Source of the DNA: Betaproteobacteria bacterium SG8_39
GTDB lineage: Bacteria > Pseudomonadota > Gammaproteobacteria > Burkholderiales > SG8-39
Length of the DNA: 45,770 nucleotides
Reading direction: 5' to 3'
Assembly: GCA_001303445.1 (NCBI GenBank)
Contig: LJTQ01000012.1
Coordinates: 22,554-68,323 of the forward strand
Shown piece by piece: positions 37,804 to 45,770 of this stretch. Made by a program: the position numbers and the translations under genes. The notes under the pieces were generated by a model that did no database searches, was not told where the DNA came from, and saw only the letters and a program-made list of their open reading frames with translations. Numbering within the stretch: position 1 is the stretch's first letter; each line of letters opens with the position of its first letter.

Positions 37804-39355
37804 TCACCGCAGCCGCCGGCCGAGGTCGCGCAACACTTCGCGCGCGCAATTCCGCCCCGGCAGCCCGGTCACGCCGCCGCCCGGATGCGCGCCAGAGCCG
37901 CAGAGGTAGAGACCCTTGAGCGGCGAACGATAATCCGCGTAGCCCAGCATCGGCCGCGCCGACCAGAGCTGGTCGAGCGTCAGCTGGCCGTGGAAGATGT
38001 CGCCGCCGACCAGGCCGAACTCGCGCTCCAGGTCGGTTGGCGAAAGCGCGGTGTGTGCGATCACCTGGGCGCGGAATCCCGGCGCATGCATCTCGACGAC
38101 GTCGAAGATGCGCTCGATCGCCTCGTCCTTGCGCGCGACCCAGTCCGCGCCCGGGTCGAAATGCTGGCAGAACAGGCTCGCGACATGCGCGCCCGCCGGG
38201 GCGAGCGAGTCGTCACGCGCGCGCGATGCCCTCGCGCCGGGCATCGCTGTGCGCTGCGTCCATGTAGTCGAGCGACGGCGCAAGAATGATGCCGCTCGCG
38301 TGATGCGGGCCCGGCTGCGGCAGGCAGGCGAAGCGCGGCAGCGCAGAGAGCGCAACGTTCATGCGAAAGCTCGCCGAGGCGCACTTCCAGCCGCGCATCC
38401 GACCGACGAAGGCCTCCGGTAGCGCCAATGGATCGACCATGTCGAGGTAGAGCAGCTTTGGATTGACGTTGCCGACGACGATATCCGCATCGAGCGTTCG
38501 CCCGTCGGTCAGCGTGACACTCCTCGCCGCGCCGTCGTGCGTCCCGACCCGCGCAACCGTGGCCGAGGTTTCGATCTCGACGCCGTGTGCACGCGCCTCG
38601 GCAGCAATCGCATTCGAGATTGCGCCCATGCCGCCGATCGCGTGGCCCCAGGCGCCCTTCCTGCCGTTCACCTCGCCGAAGCAGTGGTGCAGCAGGACAT
38701 ACGCCGTTCCGGGATGAAACGGGCTCGCATAGCTGCCGACGACCGCATCGAAGCCGAACGCCGCGCGCACCGGATCGGACTCGAACCAGCGCGCGAGCAG
38801 GTCGGCGGCGCTCTTCGTGAACATGTCGAGCAGGTCCCGCCGCGCCTCCATGTCGAGCGTTCGCACGCGGCGCGCGGCCGACAGCGCGCGCCACAGGTCG
38901 CCGAGCCCGCCGCCGAGGTTCGGCGGCGTCTCGAGCACCAGTGCGCGCAACACGTCCGCAACGCGCTCGAGCATCACCCAGTAGGCAGGCAAGCGCTCGG
39001 CGTCGGTCGGCGAAAATTTCGCAAACTCGCGCTGCGTCGCTTCGAGACCGCCACCGACGCGCAGGCAGCGTGCGTCGTCGAGCGGCAGAAAGTTCGCCAA
39101 CGGGCGCTCGACGATGCGCAGTCCATGCCGCGCGAGGCGCAGCTCGCGGATCACCGCAGGGTGGAGCAGACTGACCGTGTAGGCCGCAACCGAATTGCGA
39201 AACCCCGGGTGGAATTCCTCGGTCGCCGCGGCGCCGCCGATCACCGGCCGGCGCTCGAGCACCTTGACGCGCAGCCCGGCGCGCGCGAGATAGGCGGCGC
39301 AGGCGAGGCCGTTATGGCCGGCACCGATGACGATTGCCCGCGGATTTTGCGCCAT
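37804..39355 (-). pseudogene. Phytoene desaturase-like NAD(P)/FAD oxidoreductase, frameshifted near 38215
   Basis: The N-part has IGAGHNGL..ERR..GGA. The C-part, in another frame, has DDSLAP..HVASLFCQH, GGDIFHG and GSGAHPGGGVTGLPGRN. Confidence 0.85.
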
Positions 39356-39450
39356 GCACGCGGCCCGAACGGAGAGTCGGGCATGATAGCCGGCCCCCGG
39401 GCATCGCCGCGGCTCGGTAACATTGCGTTCGCATCTGTCGAGGAACCCGA

Positions 39451-40383
39451 ATGAGCGATCCACAGTCCGGCTGGCGTCCGAGCCAGCGCTATCCCGATCC
39501 CGCGGTGGTCGTCGTCGACGAATCCTTCGCCCGCTACCGCCTGCCGCTCGCCAAGATCGAGCGGCTCGAAGGGCCGGTCTGGTTCGGCGACGCGCGCTGC
39601 CTCATCTGGAGCGACGTGCCCGGCGACTGCATGTGGCGCTGGGATGAGGAAAGTGGCGTGATCGGGGTCTACCGACGGCCATCGAACAACGCGAACGGCA
39701 ACACGCGCGACGGCGAAGGCCGTCTGGTCACCTGCGAGCACCGCGGGCGACGCGTCGTACGCACCGAGCACGACGGCAGGCTGACGGTGCTTGCCGAGCG
39801 CTTCGAGGGCAAGCGGCTCAACTCGCCGAACGACGTCGTGTGCAAGTCCGACGGGTCAATCTGGTTTACCGACCCCGCCTTCGGGCTGCTCAGCCACTAC
39901 GAGGGCGAGATCGCCGAACAGGAACTGCCGACGCACGTTTACCGCATCGATGCGACGGGCGCGCTGAGCGTGGTCGCCGAGGGCATCAACCAGCCGAACG
40001 GGCTGGCATTCTCGCCCGACGAATCGATTCTCTACATCGTCGAGTCGCGCTCCGTACCACGCAAAATCCTTGCCTACGACGTGAAAAGCGGTACGACCCT
40101 CACCAATCGACGCGTGCTGATCGACGCCGGGCCCGCAGGCACGCCCGACGGTTTCCGCTGCGACGTCGACGGCAACCTGTGGTGCGGCTGGGGCATGGGC
40201 GAAGCCGGGCTCGACGGCGTGCACGTGTTCAACCCGGACGGGCGGCTGATCGGGCGCATCGATCTGCCCGAGCGCTGCGCCAATCTGTGCTTCGGCGGGC
40301 TGCAGCGCAACCGGCTCTTCATGGCGGCGAGCACCTCGCTCTACGCGCTCTACGTCAACACGCAGGGCGTGCCGTACGTCTGA
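39451..40383 (+). CDS. SMP-30/gluconolactonase family protein
   Basis: RYPDP, EGPVWF, NGNTRD, RLNSPNDVV, PNGLAFSPDE, PDGFRCD, NLCFGG. Confidence 0.92.
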   Translation: MSDPQSGWRPSQRYPDPAVVVVDESFARYRLPLAKIERLEGPVWFGDARCLIWSDVPGDCMWRWDEESGVIGVYRRPSNNANGNTRDGEGRLVTCEHRGRRVVRTEHDGRLTVLAERFEGKRLNSPNDVVCKSDGSIWFTDPAFGLLSHYEGEIAEQELPTHVYRIDATGALSVVAEGINQPNGLAFSPDESILYIVESRSVPRKILAYDVKSGTTLTNRRVLIDAGPAGTPDGFRCDVDGNLWCGWGMGEAGLDGVHVFNPDGRLIGRIDLPERCANLCFGGLQRNRLFMAASTSLYALYVNTQGVPYV

Positions 40384-40450
40384 TACCGCCACGCGCCCCG
40401 GCCGGATATCCTGACCCCGGGGTTCGGGGCGGCACCTGAGCGGTCCGCGC

Positions 40451-41923
40451 TCAGCCTTGCGGTTGGCGCTCCCGCGCCTCGTCCGCGCTGCGCGACCCGC
40501 GCTCCGGCGCCGATCGCGGCCCAATCCGTTCCGCGGACTGCGCACGCCGCGACCGCGACTGCGCTTCAGGTTGGCGCTCGGCCGGCTGCGTCTCGTCGTG
40601 CTGCGGCTGCGCAGGTCGCGCCTCGCGCTGCGGCTCCGGGCGCCGCGCCTCACGTTGTGGTCCGCGCTGACTCGTGGCCCGCGGACGCTCGCTCGCCGGG
40701 TTCTGGAACTCGCGTGCCGGCGGCTGCTGCGCTTCGGCGCGGCGCGTCTCGCGCGGTGGTGCCGCCCGCGCCGTCGACGGTGCGCGTTCGCGCGCCTCGG
40801 GTCGACGCGGCTCCGGCCGAGCGACTTCGGGCGGACGCGCTTCAGGCCGGCGGACTTCGGGCTGACGCGGCTCGGACCGTCTTGCGTCCGCGCGCTGCGA
40901 CTCAGGCCGCGCGACTTCGGGCTGACGCGGCTCTGGCCGTCTTGCGTCTGCACGCTGCGGTTCCGGCCGCCTGGCCTCGGGTTGACGGTTCTCGGGGCCG
41001 CGCACCTCCCGCGGCGCCGTGCTCCGCTCGATCGCGTGCGACGGGCCCGGCCTCGGACGATAGCCGGCATGACGCCGCGTCGGCTCGTGATGCCAGCGGC
41101 CCGGCCTGATCACCACGACGCGTTGCGGCGCACGGTGCTCGATCGAGCGATGCACGTACCATGTGTCGACGCGCACCACGCGCACCTCGCGGCGCGGCCA
41201 GTCGATGTCGCTGTAGAAGAAGCCGACCGAGAGGCGCACGCCGCTGCTCCACCAGAATCCGACGCTGATGCCCGGCGCGCGCGGCACGAAGCGATACCCC
41301 GGCCAGGGCGCCCAGACCACCGGCGGGTGCGCCGGCCACCCCCAGCGGCCATAGGCGACGCGCGGATCGTAATACGGCAGGTAGACCACCGCCGGCGAGG
41401 CGAACACGATGTGGATACGCGGCCCGTCCTCGATGACCTGGACGCGCCCGTCACTCGCCAGCGCGCCTGCGACGCGCGCGCGGCGGCGCAGCCCCTGCAC
41501 CGCGTCCATCACGTCCTGCTCCTGGGCAAGGAACGCGTCGCCGAGCTCGCGCGTCCAGTCGATCGTCTCGTCCATGCGCTGAATCAGGCCGGGGAAGGCA
41601 AGCAGCGACTTGACGCTCGGGTCCCAGTCGAAGGCGTCCGCAGCGCGCACGGCGTCTTCGCCGACCCGCTCCGGATGGATGCGCGACCAGCGTGCCGCCG
41701 TGACGATTTCGTCGGGATAGGTCGCCGCGATCAGCACCTGTGCAAGCAGCGCATCCGGATAGAGCGCGACCGGTGCAAGCAACTGGTCGAGCTCAGCGGC
41801 GCTCCAGCCGCGCGTCTGCGGCTGCGATTGTGCCGTGGCGCAGCCGCCGGCCATTGCGGCGAACAGCACCGTGAAAAGTACGGCGGCGATTCGATTGAGG
41901 ATGGTTCGTGCAGTCGCGTTCAT
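40451..41923 (-). CDS. DUF3300-domain exported/lipoprotein with a repetitive Arg/Pro/Glu tail
   Basis: ELDQLLAPVALYPDALLAQVLIAATYP, WDPSVKSL, VYLPYYDP; AGGC lipobox-like motif. Confidence 0.88.
   Translation of the reverse strand: MNATARTILNRIAAVLFTVLFAAMAGGCATAQSQPQTRGWSAAELDQLLAPVALYPDALLAQVLIAATYPDEIVTAARWSRIHPERVGEDAVRAADAFDWDPSVKSLLAFPGLIQRMDETIDWTRELGDAFLAQEQDVMDAVQGLRRRARVAGALASDGRVQVIEDGPRIHIVFASPAVVYLPYYDPRVAYGRWGWPAHPPVVWAPWPGYRFVPRAPGISVGFWWSSGVRLSVGFFYSDIDWPRREVRVVRVDTWYVHRSIEHRAPQRVVVIRPGRWHHEPTRRHAGYRPRPGPSHAIERSTAPREVRGPENRQPEARRPEPQRADARRPEPRQPEVARPESQRADARRSEPRQPEVRRPEARPPEVARPEPRRPEARERAPSTARAAPPRETRRAEAQQPPAREFQNPASERPRATSQRGPQREARRPEPQREARPAQPQHDETQPAERQPEAQSRSRRAQSAERIGPRSAPERGSRSADEARERQPQG
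40853..40972. repeat. Two near-identical 60-nt in-frame tandem units with degenerate flanking copies
   Basis: GACTTCGGGCTGACGCGGCTC..CCGTCTTGCGTC.. occurs at 40853 and 40913, encoding RPExQRADARRxEPRQPEV. Confidence 0.85.
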
Positions 41924-42033
41924 GGGGCACCTCCGGTCACCCCATTAGCGCGCATCTCGCCCGCGGTGTGCGTGAGCGATTGCTACCGGATGTAAGCGGC
42001 TTAACGCAGCAGCAACAATCGCCCGCCGGCGGT

Positions 42034-42474
42034 TCAGCCGCGCCGGCGCGCCACCAGCTTGAGCAGCGTCTCGAGCGTGATCGAGCGGAACGTCGCCTTG
42101 GCGATCTCGTCGATCTCCAAAAGCACCACGCCGATCGCGTCCTCGACCTCCCAGGCCGTCGCGCCGGCCTCGGATTTCGTGCGCCGGCCGCTGCGGCGGA
42201 CGCCGCTTTTCGGTGCGCTGATGTCCTCGAACAGCTCGATGACGTCCATCAGCGTTACGCGCCGCGTGTTGCCCGCGAAGCGGTACCCGCCGCCCGCGCC
42301 GCGCGCGGCCCGCACCAGCCCTGCCCGGCCGAGGGTGCGCAGCACCTTGGCGAGGTGGTGCGGCGACATGCGGTACTTCTCGGCGATTTCCGCCGCCGAG
42401 AGCTGAGTGCCGGGCCGCGCCGCGAACTCCAGCACGCTGCACAGCGCGAGATGCGTGTTCTTCTGCAGCTTCAC
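42034..42474 (-). CDS. Rrf2-family transcriptional regulator, BadM-like
   Basis: SAAEIAEKY..SPHHLAKVL..L.RAGLV...RGAGGGY..TLMDVI. The three IscR/NsrR cluster Cys are absent. Confidence 0.88.
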   Translation of the reverse strand: MKLQKNTHLALCSVLEFAARPGTQLSAAEIAEKYRMSPHHLAKVLRTLGRAGLVRAARGAGGGYRFAGNTRRVTLMDVIELFEDISAPKSGVRRSGRRTKSEAGATAWEVEDAIGVVLLEIDEIAKATFRSITLETLLKLVARRRG

Positions 42475-42481
42475 ACGCGCC

Positions 42482-42961
42482 TCAGTCGAGGTTCTTCTCG
42501 AGCGGGATGAAGGGCGCCGCCATCATGCCCTGGCTGCGAAAGAACGACAGCACGAGAGGGTTGTCTCGCGCGAGCAGGGTACGCACGGTGCTTACGCCGA
42601 GGCGCCGGAAGCCGTCGCAGATCGCATCGAGCAGCTGCGTCGCGATGCCCGACAGGCGTGCGTCCGGCCGCACGCCGACACCGAACACCCAGCCGCAGGG
42701 CGGCGAGCCAAACTCCCAGTCGCGCACATCGCCGACGACGTAACCCTCGATGCGCCCGCCGCGGTCAGCAACCAGGAAAAAGCGCTGCTGCCGTGCGCCA
42801 CCGTAGCGGCGCAGGATCTCGCCCCAGTACGCGGCCTTGCGCAAGCCGGTGATGCCGGCGTCGATTTCGACGACCTGCTCGAGATCCCCCGGCTGAACGC
42901 CGCGGATGCGCGTGGCGCCCGGCGTCCTGCGGGCGGCCGCGGATTTCTTGAGTGAGATCAA
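42482..42961 (-). CDS. GNAT acetyltransferase, BadL-like
   Basis: FFLVA..IEGYVVG..WEFGSPPCGW..V.P..RLSGIATQLL acetyl-CoA-binding motif. The start is uncertain. Confidence 0.82.
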   Translation of the reverse strand: MISLKKSAAARRTPGATRIRGVQPGDLEQVVEIDAGITGLRKAAYWGEILRRYGGARQQRFFLVADRGGRIEGYVVGDVRDWEFGSPPCGWVFGVGVRPDARLSGIATQLLDAICDGFRRLGVSTVRTLLARDNPLVLSFFRSQGMMAAPFIPLEKNLD

Positions 42962-43115
42962 GTGGGGGGGCCTCGGGGCGAACTATCGTCAAAATACGCT
43001 TTTGAGTACCGAATTACCAGCATGGCCGTGGCGTGGCGCGCCGCGGCGCTTGAATTCGCGCCGGGCGCGGTGCAGCATGGGCGAAGACCCGACCGGGGCG
43101 CACCGAGGAGGAAGC

Positions 43116-43520
43116 ATGAAATCCACCCTAGCCGCGGGGCTTTCCGCGAGCCGCAGCTATGCCGTAGACCGCGAGCGCACGATTGACTTCATGGGCGAGG
43201 CCGCGCGCGTCTATGCCACGCCGATGATGGTGCGCGACATCGAGATGACCTGCCGCGAGCTGCTGCTCGAGCATCTCGAACCGGGCGAAGACTCGGTCGG
43301 CACGCGTGTCGAGGTCGATCACCTGGCGGCGACCCTGCTGGGGCAGACGGTGACCATCGAGGCGAAGATCGTCGAGGTGAAGGGCCGCGCGGTCACGTTC
43401 GAGATCAGCGGCACGGACGGCATCGACACGATCTGCCGCGGACGCCATGGCCGCTTCGTCGTCGACGTCAAGCAGACCGAGCAGCGCCTCGCGGCGAAGA
43501 AGCAGAAGGCCGGCCTATGA
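43116..43520 (+). CDS. FlK-like (fluoroacetyl-CoA type) hotdog thioesterase
   Basis: VYATP..IE..C, SVGT.V.V.HLAAT, G.H.RFVV; GAGGAGG RBS. Confidence 0.85.
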   Translation: MKSTLAAGLSASRSYAVDRERTIDFMGEAARVYATPMMVRDIEMTCRELLLEHLEPGEDSVGTRVEVDHLAATLLGQTVTIEAKIVEVKGRAVTFEISGTDGIDTICRGRHGRFVVDVKQTEQRLAAKKQKAGL

Positions 43521-45770
43521 AAAACCTGAGCACGGTCAAGCTTGTCGAGCATCCGGCGAAGACGCTGGATGCCGGCACGCACAAGCTCGCGACCTACTGC
43601 TACCAGTGCGTCGCGGGTCCCGACCTGCTCACGGTCAAGGTCAACGACCAGGGCGTCGCGACCGAGGTCGAGCCGAATTTCGCCGCCGAGCCGGTGCATC
43701 CCGGAGGCGGCAAGGTCTGCGTCAAGGCCTACGGCCTGGTGCAAAAACTATACAACCCGAACCGCGTGCGCGCGCCGATGAAGCGCACCAATCCGAAGAA
43801 GGGCCGCGACCAGGATCCCGGCTTCGTGCCGATCTCCTGGGACGAGGCGCTCGACACCGTCGCAAAGAAGCTGCTTGAGGTTCGCGCCAAGGGGCTGCTC
43901 GACGAATCCGGTTACCCGAAGGTGGCCACCAGCTTCGGCGGCGGGGGCACGCCGCAGTCCTACATGGGCAGCTTCCCGGCCTTCCTTTCGGCCTGGGGCC
44001 CGATGGATATGGGCTTCGGCTCGGGTCAGGGGGTCAAGTGCTACCACTCCGAGCACCTGTACGGGGAATTCTGGCACCGCGGCTTCACGGTGTCGGCCGA
44101 CACGCCGCACTGCAACTACAACATTTCCTGCGGCGCCAACATCGAGGCCTCGGGCGGCGTCGCCGGCGTCTGGCGCCACGCCAATGCCCGTGAGCGCGGC
44201 ATCAAGCGGGTGCAGGTGGAGCCGCACCTTTCGGTCACCGGCGCCTGCTCGGCCGAATGGGTGCCGATCAAGCCGAAGACCGACCCGGCGTTTCTCTTCG
44301 CGCTGATCCACGTGATGCTGCACGAGCACGCGCGCGAGCGTCTCGACGTCGACTTTCTCAAGCATCACACCTCCTCTCCCTACCTCGTCGGCCCGAACGG
44401 CTTCTACCTGCGCGATCGCGAGACGCGGAAGCCACTGGTCTGGGACGCGAAGAACGAAAAGGCGGTGCCTTTCGACACGGCCGGCATCAACCCCGCGCTC
44501 GAAGGCAGCTATGACGCAGAGGCGATCGAAATCGGTCCGGACGCGCAAACGCTCGGCGAGGGCGACCTGGTGGGCGAGCCGGCCTTCGGCCGGCTGGTTG
44601 CGCACATGCGCGCGTACTCGCCGGAGTGGGCGAGCGGCATCTGCGATGTCAAGGCCGAGACGATGCGCCGCATCGCGAACGAGTATCTCGACGCCGCGCA
44701 GGTCGGCGCGACGGTCGAGGTCAACGGCCGCAGGCTGCGCTACCGCCCGGTCGCGGTCACGCTCGGCAAGACCGTCACCAACGGCTGGGGCGGCTACGAA
44801 TCCTGCTGGGCGCGCACCGTGCTTGCTGCGCTGGTCGGCGCGCTCGAGACGGTCGGCGGCACGCTGGGTACCACGGTGCGCCTCAATCGGCCGCTCAACG
44901 AGCGCCACAAGAGCGTGCGCAAGGGTCCCGACGGCTTCATGGCCTATCCGCTCAATCCGACCGACAAGGAACACTGGTCGGCACAGCCGAACATTCGCAA
45001 CGCGTACCGCTCGATGGTGCCGCTGGCCGGCGACGGGCCCTGGAGTCAGGCGCTCGGGCCGACGCACTTTTCCTGGATGTTCCTCGACCAGACGCCGAAG
45101 GGCCTGCCGCGCGTGACGCTGCCCGAGGTCTGGTTTCTCTATCGGACCAACCCGGCGATCTCGTTCTGGGACACCGATGGCATCACCGACAAGATGGCGC
45201 GCTTCCCGTTCGTCGTCGCCTTCGCCTACACGCGCGACGAAACCAACCATTTCGCCGACATTCTGCTGCCCGACGCAGTCGACCTGGAAAGCCTGCAGCT
45301 GATTCGCATCGGCGGCTCGAAGTTCATCGAACAGTTCTGGGAACACGAGGGCTTCGCGCTGCGCCAGCCGGTCGTGGCGCCGGCGGTCAACGCGCGCGAC
45401 TTCACCGACATCGCCACCGAGCTCGCGGCGCGCACCGGACTGCTCGAAAAGTACAACGCGGCGATCAACAAGGGCGTGGTCGGCGTCGCGCTGAAGGGCG
45501 AGGCCGACGGCGGGCAGTGGGATTTCTCGCTCGACACCACGCTGGTGCACAGCCGCGAGACGATCTGGGACGCGGTCTGCCGCGCAGCGAGCGCCGAGCT
45601 GACCGGCGGGCAGGAGACGCACGGCCTCGACTGGTGGAAGGAACACGGTCTGCGTACCCGGCCGTTTCCCAGGGTCGACTGGTACCTGCAGCCCACGCTC
45701 GAGGAGATGGGGCTGCGCTTCGAGCTGCCGTACCAGGAACGGCTGTATCGCGTCGGCCAGGAGCTGGGCA
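43517..45770 (+). CDS. padB: DMSO-reductase-family molybdoenzyme, phenylacetyl-CoA:acceptor oxidoreductase large-subunit-like; 3'-truncated by the window edge and absent from the ORF track
   Basis: Translated by hand from ATG 43517 (ATGA overlap): YCYQCVAGPDLL..CVKAYGL..YNPNRV..PMKRTNPKKG..PISWDEALD..GVKCYHSEHLYGEFW..DETNHFADILLPD. No Tat signal. Confidence 0.78.
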   Translation, partial: MKNLSTVKLVEHPAKTLDAGTHKLATYCYQCVAGPDLLTVKVNDQGVATEVEPNFAAEPVHPGGGKVCVKAYGLVQKLYNPNRVRAPMKRTNPKKGRDQDPGFVPISWDEALDTVAKKLLEVRAKGLLDESGYPKVATSFGGGGTPQSYMGSFPAFLSAWGPMDMGFGSGQGVKCYHSEHLYGEFWHRGFTVSADTPHCNYNISCGANIEASGGVAGVWRHANARERGIKRVQVEPHLSVTGACSAEWVPIKPKTDPAFLFALIHVMLHEHARERLDVDFLKHHTSSPYLVGPNGFYLRDRETRKPLVWDAKNEKAVPFDTAGINPALEGSYDAEAIEIGPDAQTLGEGDLVGEPAFGRLVAHMRAYSPEWASGICDVKAETMRRIANEYLDAAQVGATVEVNGRRLRYRPVAVTLGKTVTNGWGGYESCWARTVLAALVGALETVGGTLGTTVRLNRPLNERHKSVRKGPDGFMAYPLNPTDKEHWSAQPNIRNAYRSMVPLAGDGPWSQALGPTHFSWMFLDQTPKGLPRVTLPEVWFLYRTNPAISFWDTDGITDKMARFPFVVAFAYTRDETNHFADILLPDAVDLESLQLIRIGGSKFIEQFWEHEGFALRQPVVAPAVNARDFTDIATELAARTGLLEKYNAAINKGVVGVALKGEADGGQWDFSLDTTLVHSRETIWDAVCRAASAELTGGQETHGLDWWKEHGLRTRPFPRVDWYLQPTLEEMGLRFELPYQERLYRVGQELG

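Noticed and set aside
40394-40431. Terminator or REP copy between the convergent gluconolactonase and DUF3300 genes
   Set aside because: There is only a short outer stem and a partial CTGACCCC, with no U tract.
42034-42961. GNAT toxin-antitoxin module
   Set aside because: The partner is an Rrf2 winged-helix protein rather than an RHH antitoxin, and the context fits aromatic catabolism.
43748-45646. 632-aa minus-strand ORF and many other long overlapping ORFs (e.g. 28283..30352, 21715..23454, 18489..20432)
   Set aside because: These are shadow frames of well-supported genes in high-GC DNA, with no recognisable motifs.

Overview
High-GC bacterial chromosomal window, probably Betaproteobacteria (inferred from gene content and order). 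It has three parts. (1) 1-24.3 kb covers acyl-CoA and branched-chain metabolism: the liuD/liuE end of a leucine-degradation cluster, hydrolases, an acyl-CoA ligase-flanked Liv-type ABC operon whose long-chain ligase is frameshifted, crotonase/thioesterase, pncA, a CHASE2 cyclase, an amidohydrolase, and icmF with a LiuR-type operator. (2) ~24.4-37.8 kb is a heavy-metal cluster with no visible mobility genes. It holds three SAM methyltransferases, merR-merT-merP with a textbook operator but no merA (a Cys-rich GDCCVxC protein and a CDF pump follow instead), and a minus-strand copper array: cytochrome c, two multicopper oxidases, DUF411, two Met/Gly-repeat Spy/CpxP paralogues, CusF and TolC. The copper array is organised as two units. 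Each is headed by a secreted Cys/His/Pro-rich leader-like ORF that is preceded by the same TTGAC-N4-GTCAA palindrome and whose last codons base-pair with the downstream spacer, suggesting paired metal-sensing ribosome-stalling switches. (3) 37.8-45.8 kb has a frameshifted phytoene-desaturase-like oxidoreductase, a gluconolactonase, DUF3300, and a BadL/BadM-like GNAT-Rrf2 pair divergent from a thioesterase and a PadB-like molybdoenzyme that runs off the window. No rRNA, tRNA, CRISPR array, integrase or transposase was recognised. All family calls come from motif recognition by eye, not database searches.
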